Shown here: positions 39,660-51,620 of the stretch, piece after piece
Position numbering within the stretch: position 1 is the stretch's first letter
Layout: the number at the start of each line of letters is the position of its first letter
Source of the DNA: Eledone cirrhosa
Lineage: Eukaryota
Length of the DNA: 64,000 bases
Direction of reading: 5' to 3'
Assembly: GCA_964016885.1 (NCBI GenBank)
Contig: OZ024763.1
Location: 16,430,001 to 16,494,000 of the forward strand
The notes under the pieces: model-generated
What the model was told of the DNA's origin: nothing
Database searches by the model: none
What the model saw: the letters and a program-made list of their open reading frames with translations, nothing else
Position numbers and translations under genes: made by a program

Positions 39660-40048
39660 GGCAGTGGATTGGCAGTATAGGTAGAGAGTCGGACGCCATG
39701 CTTTCCAGCATAGAGTTACGGCCCTTTACGACTTGAATTCAAATCCCGCCGAGGTTAACTTTGCCTTTCATCCTTATGGGGTCGATAAAATAAAGTACCA
39801 GTAATGTACTGGGTAATTGCTGGCCTTGTGTCAAATGTAGAAACAATTATTTTTATTATTATTGTTATTATCGGTAGAGGGTCAGACCCCATGCTTTGCA
39901 GCATAGAGTTACGGCCCTTTACGGTCTGAGTTCAAATCCCGCCGAGGTTAGCTTTGCCTTTCATCTTTACATGGTTTATCGATAAAATAAAGTACCAGTA
40001 ATGTACTGGGGTAATTGCTGGCCTTGTGCCGCAAGTAGAACCAATTAT
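39660..40048 (+). mobile_element. Two tandem SINE family 2 copies
   Basis: Both match 13820-14005. Confidence 0.85.
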
Positions 40049-40055
40049 TATTGTG

Positions 40056-40840
40056 AAGGTGCATGCTCTAGTGGTTAAGGCTGTTGGACTGAGGATTGTA
40101 AGGTTGTTGGTTCAATTCCTAGACTGGGTAGTTTGTTGTGTTCTTGAGGAAAATATTTCATTTCATGTTACTCCTTCTGCCAGGAGTTGTGACAAACAGA
40201 TAGTATCAACAATAGAAAGACCAATAGAAACATTGTTTCTTTGGTCAGATCTGATCATCAGCTCCTTTCTTCTGCCAGGAGTTGTGACAAACAGATAGTA
40301 TCAACAATAGAAAGACCAATAGAAACATTGTTTCTTTGGTCAGATCTGATCATCAGCTCCTTTCTTCTGCCAGGAGTTGTGACAAACAGATAGTATCAAC
40401 AATAGAAAGACCAATAGAAACATTGTTTCCTTGGTCAGATCTGATCATCAGCTCCTTTCTTCTGCCAGGAGTTGTGACAAACAGATAGTATCAACAATAG
40501 AAAGACCAATAGAAACATTGTTTCTTTGGTCTGATCTGATCATCAGTTCCTTTATTCTGCCAGGAGTTGTGACTGAGAGATAGTATCAGCAATGGAAAGT
40601 TCAATGGAAACATTGTTTCTTTGATCTGATCTGATGAACAGCTCCTTTCTTCTACCAGGAGTTGAGACCAACAGATAGTATCAGCAATGGAAGGCTAATG
40701 GAAACATTGTTTCCCTGGTCTGATCTGATGATCAGCTCCTTTCTTCTGCCTGTTGTTGTGACCAACAGATAGTATCAGTAATGGAAAGACCAATGGAAAC
40801 ATTGTTTCTTTGACCTGATCTGATGATCAGCTCCTTTCTC
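40056..40840 (+). mobile_element. CORE-like SINE family 3 with its 3' 95-bp segment amplified about 7 times
   Basis: tRNA-like head 40056-40128; the unit matches the single-copy tail at 48972-49065. Confidence 0.8.
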
Positions 40841-41209
40841 TTAGAGAGGCCAGTGAATTAGTAGAATTGGTAGAGTGTCAGACAAAATTCATTTCAGCTT
40901 TTAATTCATGACTTTCTCTGATCCGAGTTCAAATCCTGCTGAGATCAACTTTACCTTTCATCCTTCTGGGATTGATAAAATATAGTACCAGTTGAGTACA
41001 GGGTTCAATATAGTTGATTTTCCTTTTATGCCAGGTGGTGCAATTAAGTTAGACATGGCCTAGGGCAATACTGGCCAAAACCTATCAAAGTTACCCCAAA
41101 ATGGTTGTTTCTCATCCAACTCCAGCTTTATCCAACCCTGGTTTGTCCATAAAAAAGCATGCTGGTTTGTTTGTTAGATGGTTTGTCTCTCCTTCACCGT
41201 TAGCTCTAT

Positions 41210-42340
41210 CCACCACCACCACTACCACCATAACAAACACCATCACCACCACTACCACCATAACAAACACCATCACCACCACTACCACCATAACAAACAC
41301 CACCACTACCACCAATACCACCATGATCAACACCACAACTGCCACTAACACCATGACCACCGCCACTATTATCACAACCACCATCACCACCACCTCAACC
41401 ACTACCACCACCGCCACCATCACCACAACCAGCACCACTATCACTACTACCACCATCACCACAACCACCACCACCATTACCACCACCATCACTCTACAAC
41501 CACCACCACCACCACCACTACCACCTCAACCACCACTACCACCACTACCACCACAACCACCACTACTACCACCACCACCACTACTACTACTACCACCACT
41601 AAAACAACAACAACAACAACCAAACCTATTAAAATATTGGATTAGAAAGTCAAAAGGTTATCGGTTAAAAGTTTTACCATAGACATTACATTATTGTAAC
41701 TTACTACCACCTCTACTACTACCACTACTACTACCACCACTACTACTACCACCTCTACTACTACCACTACTACTACTACCACTACTACTACTACTACCAC
41801 TACTACCACCTCTACTACTACCACTACTACTACTAGCTCTACTACTACCACTACTACCTCTACTACTACCACTACTACTACTACTTCTACTACTACCTCT
41901 ACTACTACCACCTACTACTACTACCTTTACTACTACCACCTCTACTACTACTACTACTACCACCTCTACTACTACTATTACTACCACCTCTACTACTACT
42001 ACTACTACCTCTACTACTACTACCACCACCTCTACTATTACTAATACTACCACCACCACTATTATTACTACTACTACTACAATCACTACTACTATCACTA
42101 TTACTACCACTTACTACCACTACTACCACCTTACTACTACCACCTCTACTACTACTACTCTACTACCACTACTACCATTACTTACATTACTAGCACCACC
42201 ACCATTACCACCGCCTCCACTACTAACATTACTACCACTACCACCAACACCACCTCACCACCACCACCACTACTACGTTGCATCCCTACACAACGACCAC
42301 AACCACCACCACCACCACCACTACCACCTTTACTATCACT
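41210..42340. repeat. (ACC/ACT)n tracts
   Basis: Direct reading. Confidence 0.93.
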
Positions 42341-42344
42341 ACCC

Positions 42345-42510
42345 AGGTTTAGACCCCTGAGCAAGATGGTTGGATAACATCCATGAGTTCGGCTGGTCTC
42401 ACTTGGAGATCTAGCCGGATCAGTTGGAGACAGGAGCCCGCTGGAAGGAGGGTTTGAGGACTCTGCCTCCACCCACATGACCATCCCGAGAATAAGTGGG
42501 CGAAGAACAA
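42345..42510 (+). mobile_element. 3' end of Expander-like RTE
   Basis: Aligns with 25976-26012 and 26060-26195. Confidence 0.7.
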
Positions 42511-42534
42511 CTTTTTGTTAAGTTATATTACCAA

Positions 42535-42603
42535 TGCCACCGGTTGTCTCTGGCCATTCTCCGCGGTAATGCCTTTGCTATTTTGACCGTGGGGTGCTGC
42601 TGA
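42535..42603 (+). pseudogene. Extreme C-terminus of CRE-like non-LTR ORF
   Basis: HRLSLAILRGNAFAILTVGCC* resembles the QRLSxAxQRGNA terminal motif; short match. Confidence 0.5.
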
Positions 42604-42744
42604 GGCACTGTTGAGACTGGGGTGTAATGACTGTCTCTCCCCCTCTCCCTTTCTTTCATTGTTTGGTTCTTCCTTTTTCTTTTCTTTTTATTCCCTTTAA
42701 CCTCTTCAGTTCCATAGAAGAGGTAACTCATCCTAACATGTTTG

Positions 42745-43990
42745 AACTCATTTCCAACAGTTTATAACTTCCAAAGTTATGAAATCGTTTCCAACAGTTT
42801 ATAACTTCCAAAGTTATGAAATCGTTTCCAACAGTTTATAACTTCCAAAGTTATGAAATCGTTTCCAACAGTTTATAACTTCCAAAGTTATGAAATCGTT
42901 TCCAATAGTTCATAACTTCAAAGTTATGAAATCGTTTCCAACAGTTTATAACTTCCAAAGTTATGAAATCGTTTCCAACAGGTTATAACTTCCAAAGTTA
43001 TGAAATCGTTTCCAACAGTTCATAACTTCAAAGTTATGAAATCGTTTCCAACAGTTTATAACTTCAAAGTTATGAAATCGTTTCCAACAGTTTATAACTT
43101 CCAAAGTTATGAAATCGTTTCCAACAGTTTATAACTTCCAAAGTTATGAAATCGTTTCCAACAGTTTATAACTTCCAAAGTTATGAAATCGTTTCCAACA
43201 GTTTATAACTTCCAAAGTTATGAAATCGTTTCCAACAGTTTATAACTTCCAAAGTTATGAAATCGTTTCCAACAGTTTATAACTTCCAAAGTTATGAAAT
43301 CGTTTCCAACAGTTTATAACTTCCAAAGTTATGAAATCGTTTCCAACAGTTTATAACTTCCAAAGTTATGGAATCGTTTCCAACAGTTTATAACTTCCAA
43401 AGTTATGAAATCGTTTCCAACAGTTTATAACTTCCAAAGTTATGGAATCGTTTCCAACAGTTTATAACTTCCAAAGTTATGAAATCGTTTCCAACAGTTT
43501 ATAACTTCCAAAGTTATGAAATCGTTTCCAACAGTTTATAACTTCCAAAGTTATGAAATCGTTTCCAACAGTTTATAACTTCCAAAGTTATGGAATCGTT
43601 TCCAACAGTTTATAACTTCCAAAGTTATGAAATCGTTTCCAACAGTTTATAACTTCCAAAGTTATGAAATCGTTTCCAACAGTTTATAACTTCCAAAGTT
43701 ATGAAATCGTTTCCAACAGTTTATAACTTCCAAAGTTATGGAATCGTTTCCAACAGTTTATAACTTCCAAAGTTATGAACTCGTTTCCAACAGTTTATAA
43801 CTTCCAAAGTTATGAAATCGTTTCCAACAGTACATAACTTCAAAGTTATGAACTCACTTCCAACAGTTTATAACTTCAAAGTTATGAAATCGTTTCCAAC
43901 AGTCCATAACTTCCAAAGTTATGAAATCGTTTCCAACAGTTCATAACTTCAAAGTTATGAACTCTTTTCTCACAGTTCATAACTTCAAAG
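42745..43990. repeat. 37-bp minisatellite with internal hairpin (about 33 units)
   Basis: TTTCCAACAGTTTATAACTTCCAAAGTTATGAAATCG head to tail, no spacers. Confidence 0.97.
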
Positions 43991-44719
43991 CTAGATGGAG
44001 TTACTAATTTACTGATGTGACGTTTGTCAATCATTCAGATATATGTTGTTAATAAATGTTTATTTAAAATATAGTCATTTTACTGGAAAGAAAAAAAACC
44101 CAGCACAGCAACTGTAGCTGTGTAAAATATATATGTGGCCGAAAAACAGGTTAACAGTGGGCTTTTTTTTTGGGGGGGGGGGGTATAAACAGCTTTTTAA
44201 AAATAAAATTAGTATTAAACAAATTTTTTTTAAATGGCATTTTAATGAATTAATTAGTAATTTTAGTAAATTCTAAATTCTTCATTATTCTATATTATAA
44301 ATTTGAGCGACTTCCGTATGTCTGTCAGTCAAACAATGTGTGTGTGTGTGTGTGTGTGTGAATGTATGTGTGTTAAAAGGAAGGGAAGTGGAATGGTAAA
44401 AAACTATAGCAAAGCAGCGACTGGTGTTCCATTTGCTACTCTGTGTGTGAGTATGTGTGTTTTTGTGTGTGAATGTATGTGTGTGTTTGTGTGAATATAT
44501 GTCTGTGAGTGTGTATTTTTGTAAGTGTGTCTGTGTTTGCACATTTATGTTATATATACTCATACATATAAATGTATACATATGCACATACACACATACA
44601 CAATATGTGTCAGCGTTTTGAAACAAATTCTAGTATTTAAAAAAATGCCATCTTAATTAATTAATTAGTAATTTTAGAAAACCAAATTCTTCATTAATTA
44701 ATTGAAATACAGTGAATCT

Positions 44720-45428
44720 CATTTACCTTACTCTATGCACATACTATTGTATTTTTGTGGTAAGGGCTTTACCCTACATAATTATCTCACATAATATTGA
44801 ATCTATGAGATTTTGATATTATTTATATTGAGAACAATACCTTAACATAAGTATGAACAGCTGGTTACAGCCTGGTTTGAACAGAAAGAGGTGAGAGAAT
44901 TCTGACCGGATCAGCTGGTTTAGATGCTAAAAGGGTTAACGTCAGTATGAGCAGCCGGTTACAGCCAGTTTAAACAGAAAGAGGTGAGAATTCTGGCCAG
45001 ATACAGCCAGTTTAAGCAGAAAGGGGTGAGAGAATTCTGGCCAGATACAGCCGGTTTAAACAGAAAGGGGTAGAGAGAATTCTAGCCAGATATGGTTGGT
45101 TTAAACTGAAAGAGGTGAGAGAATTCTGGCCAGATACAGCCGGTTTAAACAGAAAGAGGTGAGAGAATTCTAGCCAGATATGGCTGGTTTTAAACAGAAA
45201 GGGGTGAGAGAATTCTAGCCAGATACAGCCGGTTTAAACAGAAAGAGGTGAGATTTCTGGCCAGATACGGCTGGTTTAAACTGAAAGAGGTGAGAGAATT
45301 CTGGCCGGTTACAGCCAGTTTAAATAGAAAGAGGTGAGAAAAATTCTGGCCAGATACAGCCAGTTTAAAACAGAAAGAGGTGAGAGAATTCTGGCCAGAT
45401 ACGGCTGGTTTAGATGCTAAAAGGTTAA
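44720..45428. mobile_element. piggyBac-type MITE (opposite orientation) with duplicated end and ~47-bp subterminal array
   Basis: 44720-44935 is the reverse complement of the MITE ending GGG|TTAA; 44940-45428 repeats the subterminal segment about 10 times and ends GCTAAAAGG|TTAA. Confidence 0.8.
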
Positions 45429-45526
45429 ACCTTCTTGATGGTTTCAGCCATTGAAATGGTTTAACTTTTGATCGTAGGGTTTACATGGATTATGTAATAT
45501 CTGGTAACATGGAAACCAGACATTAA

Positions 45527-45976
45527 ATGATGGTGGTGTTGGCGGTGGTGATGGAGGTGGTGGTGGCAGTGGTATGGTGGTGTTGATGTTGATGATGGTG
45601 GTGGGGGGTGGTGGAGGTGGTGATGTTGATGTTGATGTTCATGTTGATGTTGATGGTGGTGGTGGTGAGGATGTTTGTGGTGGTGGTGATGGTGAAGGTG
45701 GTGGTAGTGGTGGTGATGGTAAAGATGTTGGTGATGATGGATGGTGGTGGTGGTGGTGGGTGATGACAGTCATGCTTATGATGACAGTGGTGATGATGAT
45801 GATGAGAAGGAGAATATCAGTGATGATGATGATGATTATGACAACGATAGTGATAATGGTGATAATAGTGATGATGATGATGGTGATGACGATTATATGG
45901 ATAGCGATAGTGATGACAGTGATGTTGATTGATGGTGATGGTGATGGTGATGGTGATAATGATGATGATGATGATG
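45527..45976. repeat. (GGT/GAT)n tract
   Basis: Direct reading. Confidence 0.9.
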
Positions 45977-46356
45977 TAGTATATATCCCAAAGGTAAAAT
46001 GTTCAGGTAACACACAGTTCTGCTAACGAAGTCCTTCAATCAACAAGGTGAGTCTTTCTCATTAAAGTTATAATGCGTGAAAGTATTTAGTAATGAAATG
46101 AGGTGTATGAATGGCGAGGTAGACAACACACTCTCTCTCTCTCTCTCTCATATATATCTCATATATATATTATATATATATATCTCATATATATATATAT
46201 ATATATTATATATAGTTATTATATATATTATATTTCATTTCTGAATTTGTTTAGCAAGATTCTTTATATATAACAATATATATTATATATCATATATAAT
46301 AATATATTATATATTATATTATATAATATATATCTATATATATATATTTATATATA

Positions 46357-46396
<40 letters not shown>

Positions 46397-46680
46397 TATA
46401 TATATTATATTATATATATATATATATATATATTAATATATATATATATATATTATATATATATAATATATAATATATATATATATATTATATATTATAT
46501 TATATATATATATATATTATATATATTATATATTATATATATATATTATATATATATATATATATAATATATATATATTATATATATATATATTATATAT
46601 TATTATATATATATATATATAATATATATTATATATATATATAATATTATATAGATAATATAATATATAATATTATATAT

Positions 46681-46880
46681 NNNNNNNNNNNNNNNNNNNN
46701 NNNNNNNNNNNNNNNNNNNNNNNNNNNNNNNNNNNNNNNNNNNNNNNNNNNNNNNNNNNNNNNNNNNNNNNNNNNNNNNNNNNNNNNNNNNNNNNNNNNN
46801 NNNNNNNNNNNNNNNNNNNNNNNNNNNNNNNNNNNNNNNNNNNNNNNNNNNNNNNNNNNNNNNNNNNNNNNNNNNNNNNN
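46681..46880. other. Assembly gap (200 N) inside a TA tract
   Basis: Run of N. Confidence 1.
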
Positions 46881-46935
<55 letters not shown>

Positions 46936-47103
46936 CGAAAAATCAGTGATGCATCTGGACTCAATTTATTGTGTGTTACAATTGTTTCGCCGGCAGACAG
47001 CTTGAGGCACGATCATTGTATGGATCTGTCTGATTCTGGAACTGCAGGTTTGTCGGACACTTCCAATAACTTTGGAACAAATATTTGTCCCGAGCTGTCT
47101 GCC

Positions 47104-47445
47104 GGAGGCACATGGCTTAGTGGTTAGAGCATTGGCCTTGCAATCGAAAGGGTTGTGAGTTCAATTCTCAGACCGGGTGATGTGTTGTTTCCTTGAGCAA
47201 GACACTTTATTTCACATTGCTCCAGTTTACTCAGCTGTAGAAATGAGATGATAGGGACTGGGGTCCATATCATTCCACTGTAAAGTGGTCGTGGATGTGC
47301 CACGGCAAAAAAGCACCCAGCACTCACTGTAAATGAGGTTGGTGTTAGGAAGGGCATCCAGCTGTAGAAATCAAGCCAGAATCAGTTCCCGTCCCACCCT
47401 TGCAAGCAGGGAAAAGCGGACGTAAAATGATGATGATGATGATGA
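47104..47445 (+). mobile_element. SINE family 1, full length
   Basis: Box A TGGCTTAGTGG, box B GAGTTCAATTC, CORE-like body, AGGAAGGGCATCCAGC domain, RTE tail and (TGA)n. Confidence 0.92.
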
Positions 47446-47629
47446 TATCACACTCTGCTCTGTAACAACATAGAATGCTTAACTGGCATACCATCTATGG
47501 AAGCATCCATAACTACCATTAAACACACACACATATATATATATATACATTACACGGCTCAGAGAAGCCTTTCTTTGAGCTATTTAATTGTAAGAGACTA
47601 TTTTGAGTTTCTAACTCAATATATACCTT

Positions 47630-47667
<38 letters not shown>

Positions 47668-47669
<2 letters not shown>

Positions 47670-48123
47670 GGAAAGTTATATTTAAATTGTTGGGTTAACA
47701 ACGAGTAAATATTTATAACTGATATAAAAGCACTCAACAAGTATTTGGAGTATATTTATGATATTAAATAAATGGAAACTATATTTATAAAACCATATTT
47801 ATTTCGTTATATATATTTCAGGGATATCATATTAACAATATGTTATGCCATCTTCAGACAAAATACAATATAAACAGTCTTATAAATAAATAGATACGAC
47901 ATACCTTTCAATCACCTTGTATTTGGGAGGTTGATTTGGTAGACTACCAAATCAACCTCCCAAATACAAGGTGATTGAAAGGTATGTCGTATCTATTTAT
48001 AAGACTGTTTATATTGTATTTTGTCTGAAGATGGCATAACATATTGTTAATATGATATCCCTGAAATATATATAACGAAATAAATATGGTTTTATAAATA
48101 TAGTTTCCATTTATTTAATATCA
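47668..48123. mobile_element. Family A fold-back element with hammerheads at 47800-47865 (-) and 48017-48082 (+)
   Basis: About 180-bp arms around a 1-nt centre at 47943; CTGAAGA core on both arms. Confidence 0.82.
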
Positions 48124-48144
48124 TATATATATATATATATATAT

Positions 48145-48685
48145 GGTGGCTGCCCCCTCGTTATCGAGTATGGCCATTGCATGATATACCATTATTAATA
48201 ATTATTAATTAATTAATTAATTCTATTGTGCAATGCCAGTGCGTGAAGATATTTTTTAAAGTGACGAAAAAAGACTGCACTGAGCCAATCCCACTCTCTG
48301 AGCGACAGTAGCTATAACCCGAAAGGAAGAAAAGATCAACATCATCGGTAACTACTGAGCTGCAGGTTTTATATCGGAGTTATCCCAGTTTCCTGAGTTG
48401 CCTTCTCCTAGAAGAATGCCGACAAAGGCTAGGGGCCCTTCACTCCCAGTAGATTAACTGCGCGGTACATGTGTACATACATATTTACACACTTTAGGAT
48501 GGCCGTTGACTCTTATGAGTTCTTCCGCCCTTTGTCAGGTTTTGTTTTTTGTCTTGCAGGGTGTCCAAACTCACCCTCTTCACCAAGTAAACTTGGTGAG
48601 TTGCCGGTTTAGTCGCTGATGACCCGACCATGCGACAGGTTGTACTGGGTTACATGTTACCAGCAGTACTCAAGAGTGAGCCGGC
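48145..48685 (-). mobile_element. Bipartite non-autonomous RTE derivative
   Basis: RTE-5'UTR-like CTAGGAGAAGGCAACTC and a 3' end CTCGATAACGAG..GCAGCCACC(AT)n; homologous to 50768-51375. Confidence 0.65.
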
Positions 48686-48748
48686 ATATATATATATACA
48701 CACATACACATATCTGTCTCTCTCTATATATATACACATATCTATCTG

Positions 48749-48779
<31 letters not shown>

Positions 48780-48855
48780 GCGTTTGTCTGTCTGTCTATA
48801 TATCTATCATTTAGCTATTTATCTATCTATCTATGTATCGCTATATATATATATA

Positions 48856-49070
48856 TGGCGCGTAGCTGAGTGGTTAGAGAATTAGATTCGTAATCGTGAG
48901 GTTGTGAGTTCGATTCCTGAACTGGGCGATGTGTTATGTCCTTGAGCAAGACACTTTATTTCACGTTGCACCTTCTACCTGGAGTTGCGACTGATTGAGA
49001 GTATTAGCAATTGGAAAGACCAATGGAAACATTGTTCCCTCTGTCCGATTTGCCGAAAGCCGATCATCCT
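48856..49070 (+). mobile_element. CORE-like SINE family 3
   Basis: TAGCTGAGTGG, GAGTTCGATTCC, TCCTTGAGCAAGACACTTTATTTCAC. Confidence 0.85.
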
Positions 49071-49171
49071 TTATATCTGTCTGTCTGTATAGATATATAT
49101 GTTTGTCTGTATCTCTGTCTATCCATCTATCTTTATATATATATAGACAGACAAATATATATATCTATATT

Positions 49172-49292
49172 TTTTACATAATAAACAACACAATATAATT
49201 ATTCCATTACCAAAGGTTTCAGGAAACTTATAAATAGCTCTGTACTATACATAGAGCACTCTTCTTTCCTTTACTTTTTCTATGGAAGTACT
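49172..49292. mobile_element. Diverged family C fragment
   Basis: Reverse complement aligns with 1270-1390, including AAGAGTGCTCTATGT..CAGAGCT and GAAA-CCTTTGG-TA. Confidence 0.55.
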
Positions 49293-49395
49293 TAACACAC
49301 ACATATATATACATATATATATATATATAATATATACATATATATATATATAATATATATAATATATACATATATATATATATATCCATATATAT

Positions 49396-50295
49396 CATCA
49401 TCATCATCATCATACGTCCGCTTTTCCCTGCTTGCAAGGGTGGGACGGGTCTTATTCAGCACAGCATCTCTCCACTCGTCACGGTCCCTCGTCATCTCCA
49501 CCGTGAGCTTCAATGATCTGAGGTCTGTTCTCACCACCTCCGCCCATGTTTTTCGTGGTCTACCTCTACCACGTCTTCCTTCAACTGGCATTTCCTGGCA
49601 CTTCTTCACCCATCGGTCATCCTCCATGCGCATCACATGTCCATACCACCTCAGTCTCCTCTCCCGTACACTACATTCTATCCCTCTCAGACACAGTTTC
49701 TCTCTCAACACATTTATGCTGGGTCGTTCACGCACATTTACACTGCACATCCAACGGAGCATGCTTGCCTCATTTCTCTCCAGCCGTCGCATATCTTCTG
49801 CGGTAGCTGCCCATGTCTCACTACCATGCAGCATCGCGCTCCTCACACAGGCATCATACAACCGGCCTTTCGTACGCAGGGAGAAACCCTTCTTCGTCAA
49901 CAGAGGAAGCAGCTCCCTAAACTTCTTCCAACCCGTCCTTATTCTAGATACTATGGCCTCAGAACACCCTCCTCCCATGCTAATCTGATCTCCTAGGTAC
50001 CGGAAGCTATCCACCACTTCTATAGCGCCCTCTCGCATTTGAAAAATGTGTCTATCAGTGCGACTTCTACTGTCTAATTTCCCTGTACATCTACTGCATA
50101 CATATTTCTCCCTACCTGTTAGTTTGCCTGCTATCCCGCTACATCTCTTGTGTACCCAGGACCTACATTGTGTGCATTTTATAGAATTTATGCCAGTTCC
50201 TTTTCTGCATATCGAACATGGCCATTTCCCTGACGGAATCAGGGTTTTGTCCTCTTTTCTACTCATCAACACTTTTGTCTTAGCTAGATTTACTC
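49396..50295 (-). mobile_element. RTE LINE 3' fragment (family RTE-2) with PHD-like finger, frame open
   Basis: [40 protein letters not shown]; tail (TGA)n. Confidence 0.95.
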
Positions 50296-50322
50296 TCTCT
50301 ATATATACATACATATATATAT

Positions 50323-50369
<47 letters not shown>

Positions 50370-50425
50370 CATACATATATATATATATACGTATACATAT
50401 ATACATACATGTATATATATATATG

Positions 50426-50471
<46 letters not shown>

Positions 50472-50677
50472 CATACATATATATATACATACATATATAT
50501 ATATATATATATACATACATATATATATATATATATACATACATATATATATATATATATATGCGTGGAACACGGACGCTAAACCTGATGATGATGATGA
50601 TGATGATATATACATACATATATATATATATATATATACATACATACATATATATATATATATACATACATATATAT

Positions 50678-50752
<75 letters not shown>

Positions 50753-50767
50753 CATATATATATACAT

Positions 50768-51375
50768 GGTGGCTGCCAACTCGTTTTCGAGTACGGCCAC
50801 TACTTTATATCCATGTAGGAGAACCCCTACCGATGCGCTGAACGAGTGTGACTTTTTAGTCCAGCCAGCGACTTGAAAACTCTGGTACAAACACTACACT
50901 TGTGACAATTACTGACACATAGTGCTGGGCCCATGGTACCATGTGACGACAAGTGCAGAGAGATCTCCAGATATAAAGCAATGCCTGTGCCGTGAAGCTT
51001 TTATAGTGAGCAAAGGCACTGCACAAAGCCAGTCCCACTCTCTTAACCAAGATGATATTTACCAAAAAGAAGAACAAGTCAACATCATTGGATACCATCA
51101 GGGTTGCAGGTGTTATATCAGAGTTTTCCTTCTCCTAGAATTCTGCCTTGACAAAGGCTAAGGGGTCATCTCTCCCGGTGATTTTGGATGGCCATTGACT
51201 CTTAAGAGCTCCTTTGCCCTTTGACAGGTTTTGTTTTTAGTCCTGCAGGATGTCCAAAGTCACCCTCCTCACCAAGAAACCTTGGTGGGGTTGCCAGTTT
51301 AGTCGCCAACGACCCGACCATGGGACAGGTTGTACTGGGATACATGTTACCAGTAGCACCAACTGGTGACCTGAC
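50768..51375 (-). mobile_element. Bipartite non-autonomous RTE derivative
   Basis: Homologous to 48145-48685 and 14765-14908; TA flanks. Confidence 0.65.
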
Positions 51376-51419
51376 ATATATATACATATATATATACATA
51401 CATACATATATATATATAT

Positions 51420-51454
<35 letters not shown>

Positions 51455-51467
51455 CATACATATATAT

Positions 51468-51504
<37 letters not shown>

Positions 51505-51525
51505 CATACATATATATATACATAC

Positions 51526-51619
<94 letters not shown>

Positions 51620-51620
<1 letters not shown>

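Noticed and set aside
42745-43990. CRISPR-like 37-bp palindromic repeats
   Set aside because: No spacers, no cas genes, eukaryotic context.
45977-46053. Possible host exon ending AAG|GTGAGT
   Set aside because: Only a donor-like motif; no convincing acceptor or recognisable peptide.
47104-47178. tRNA genes (also 48856, 24883, 40056)
   Set aside because: Boxes A and B run straight into SINE bodies with no terminator; these are SINE heads.
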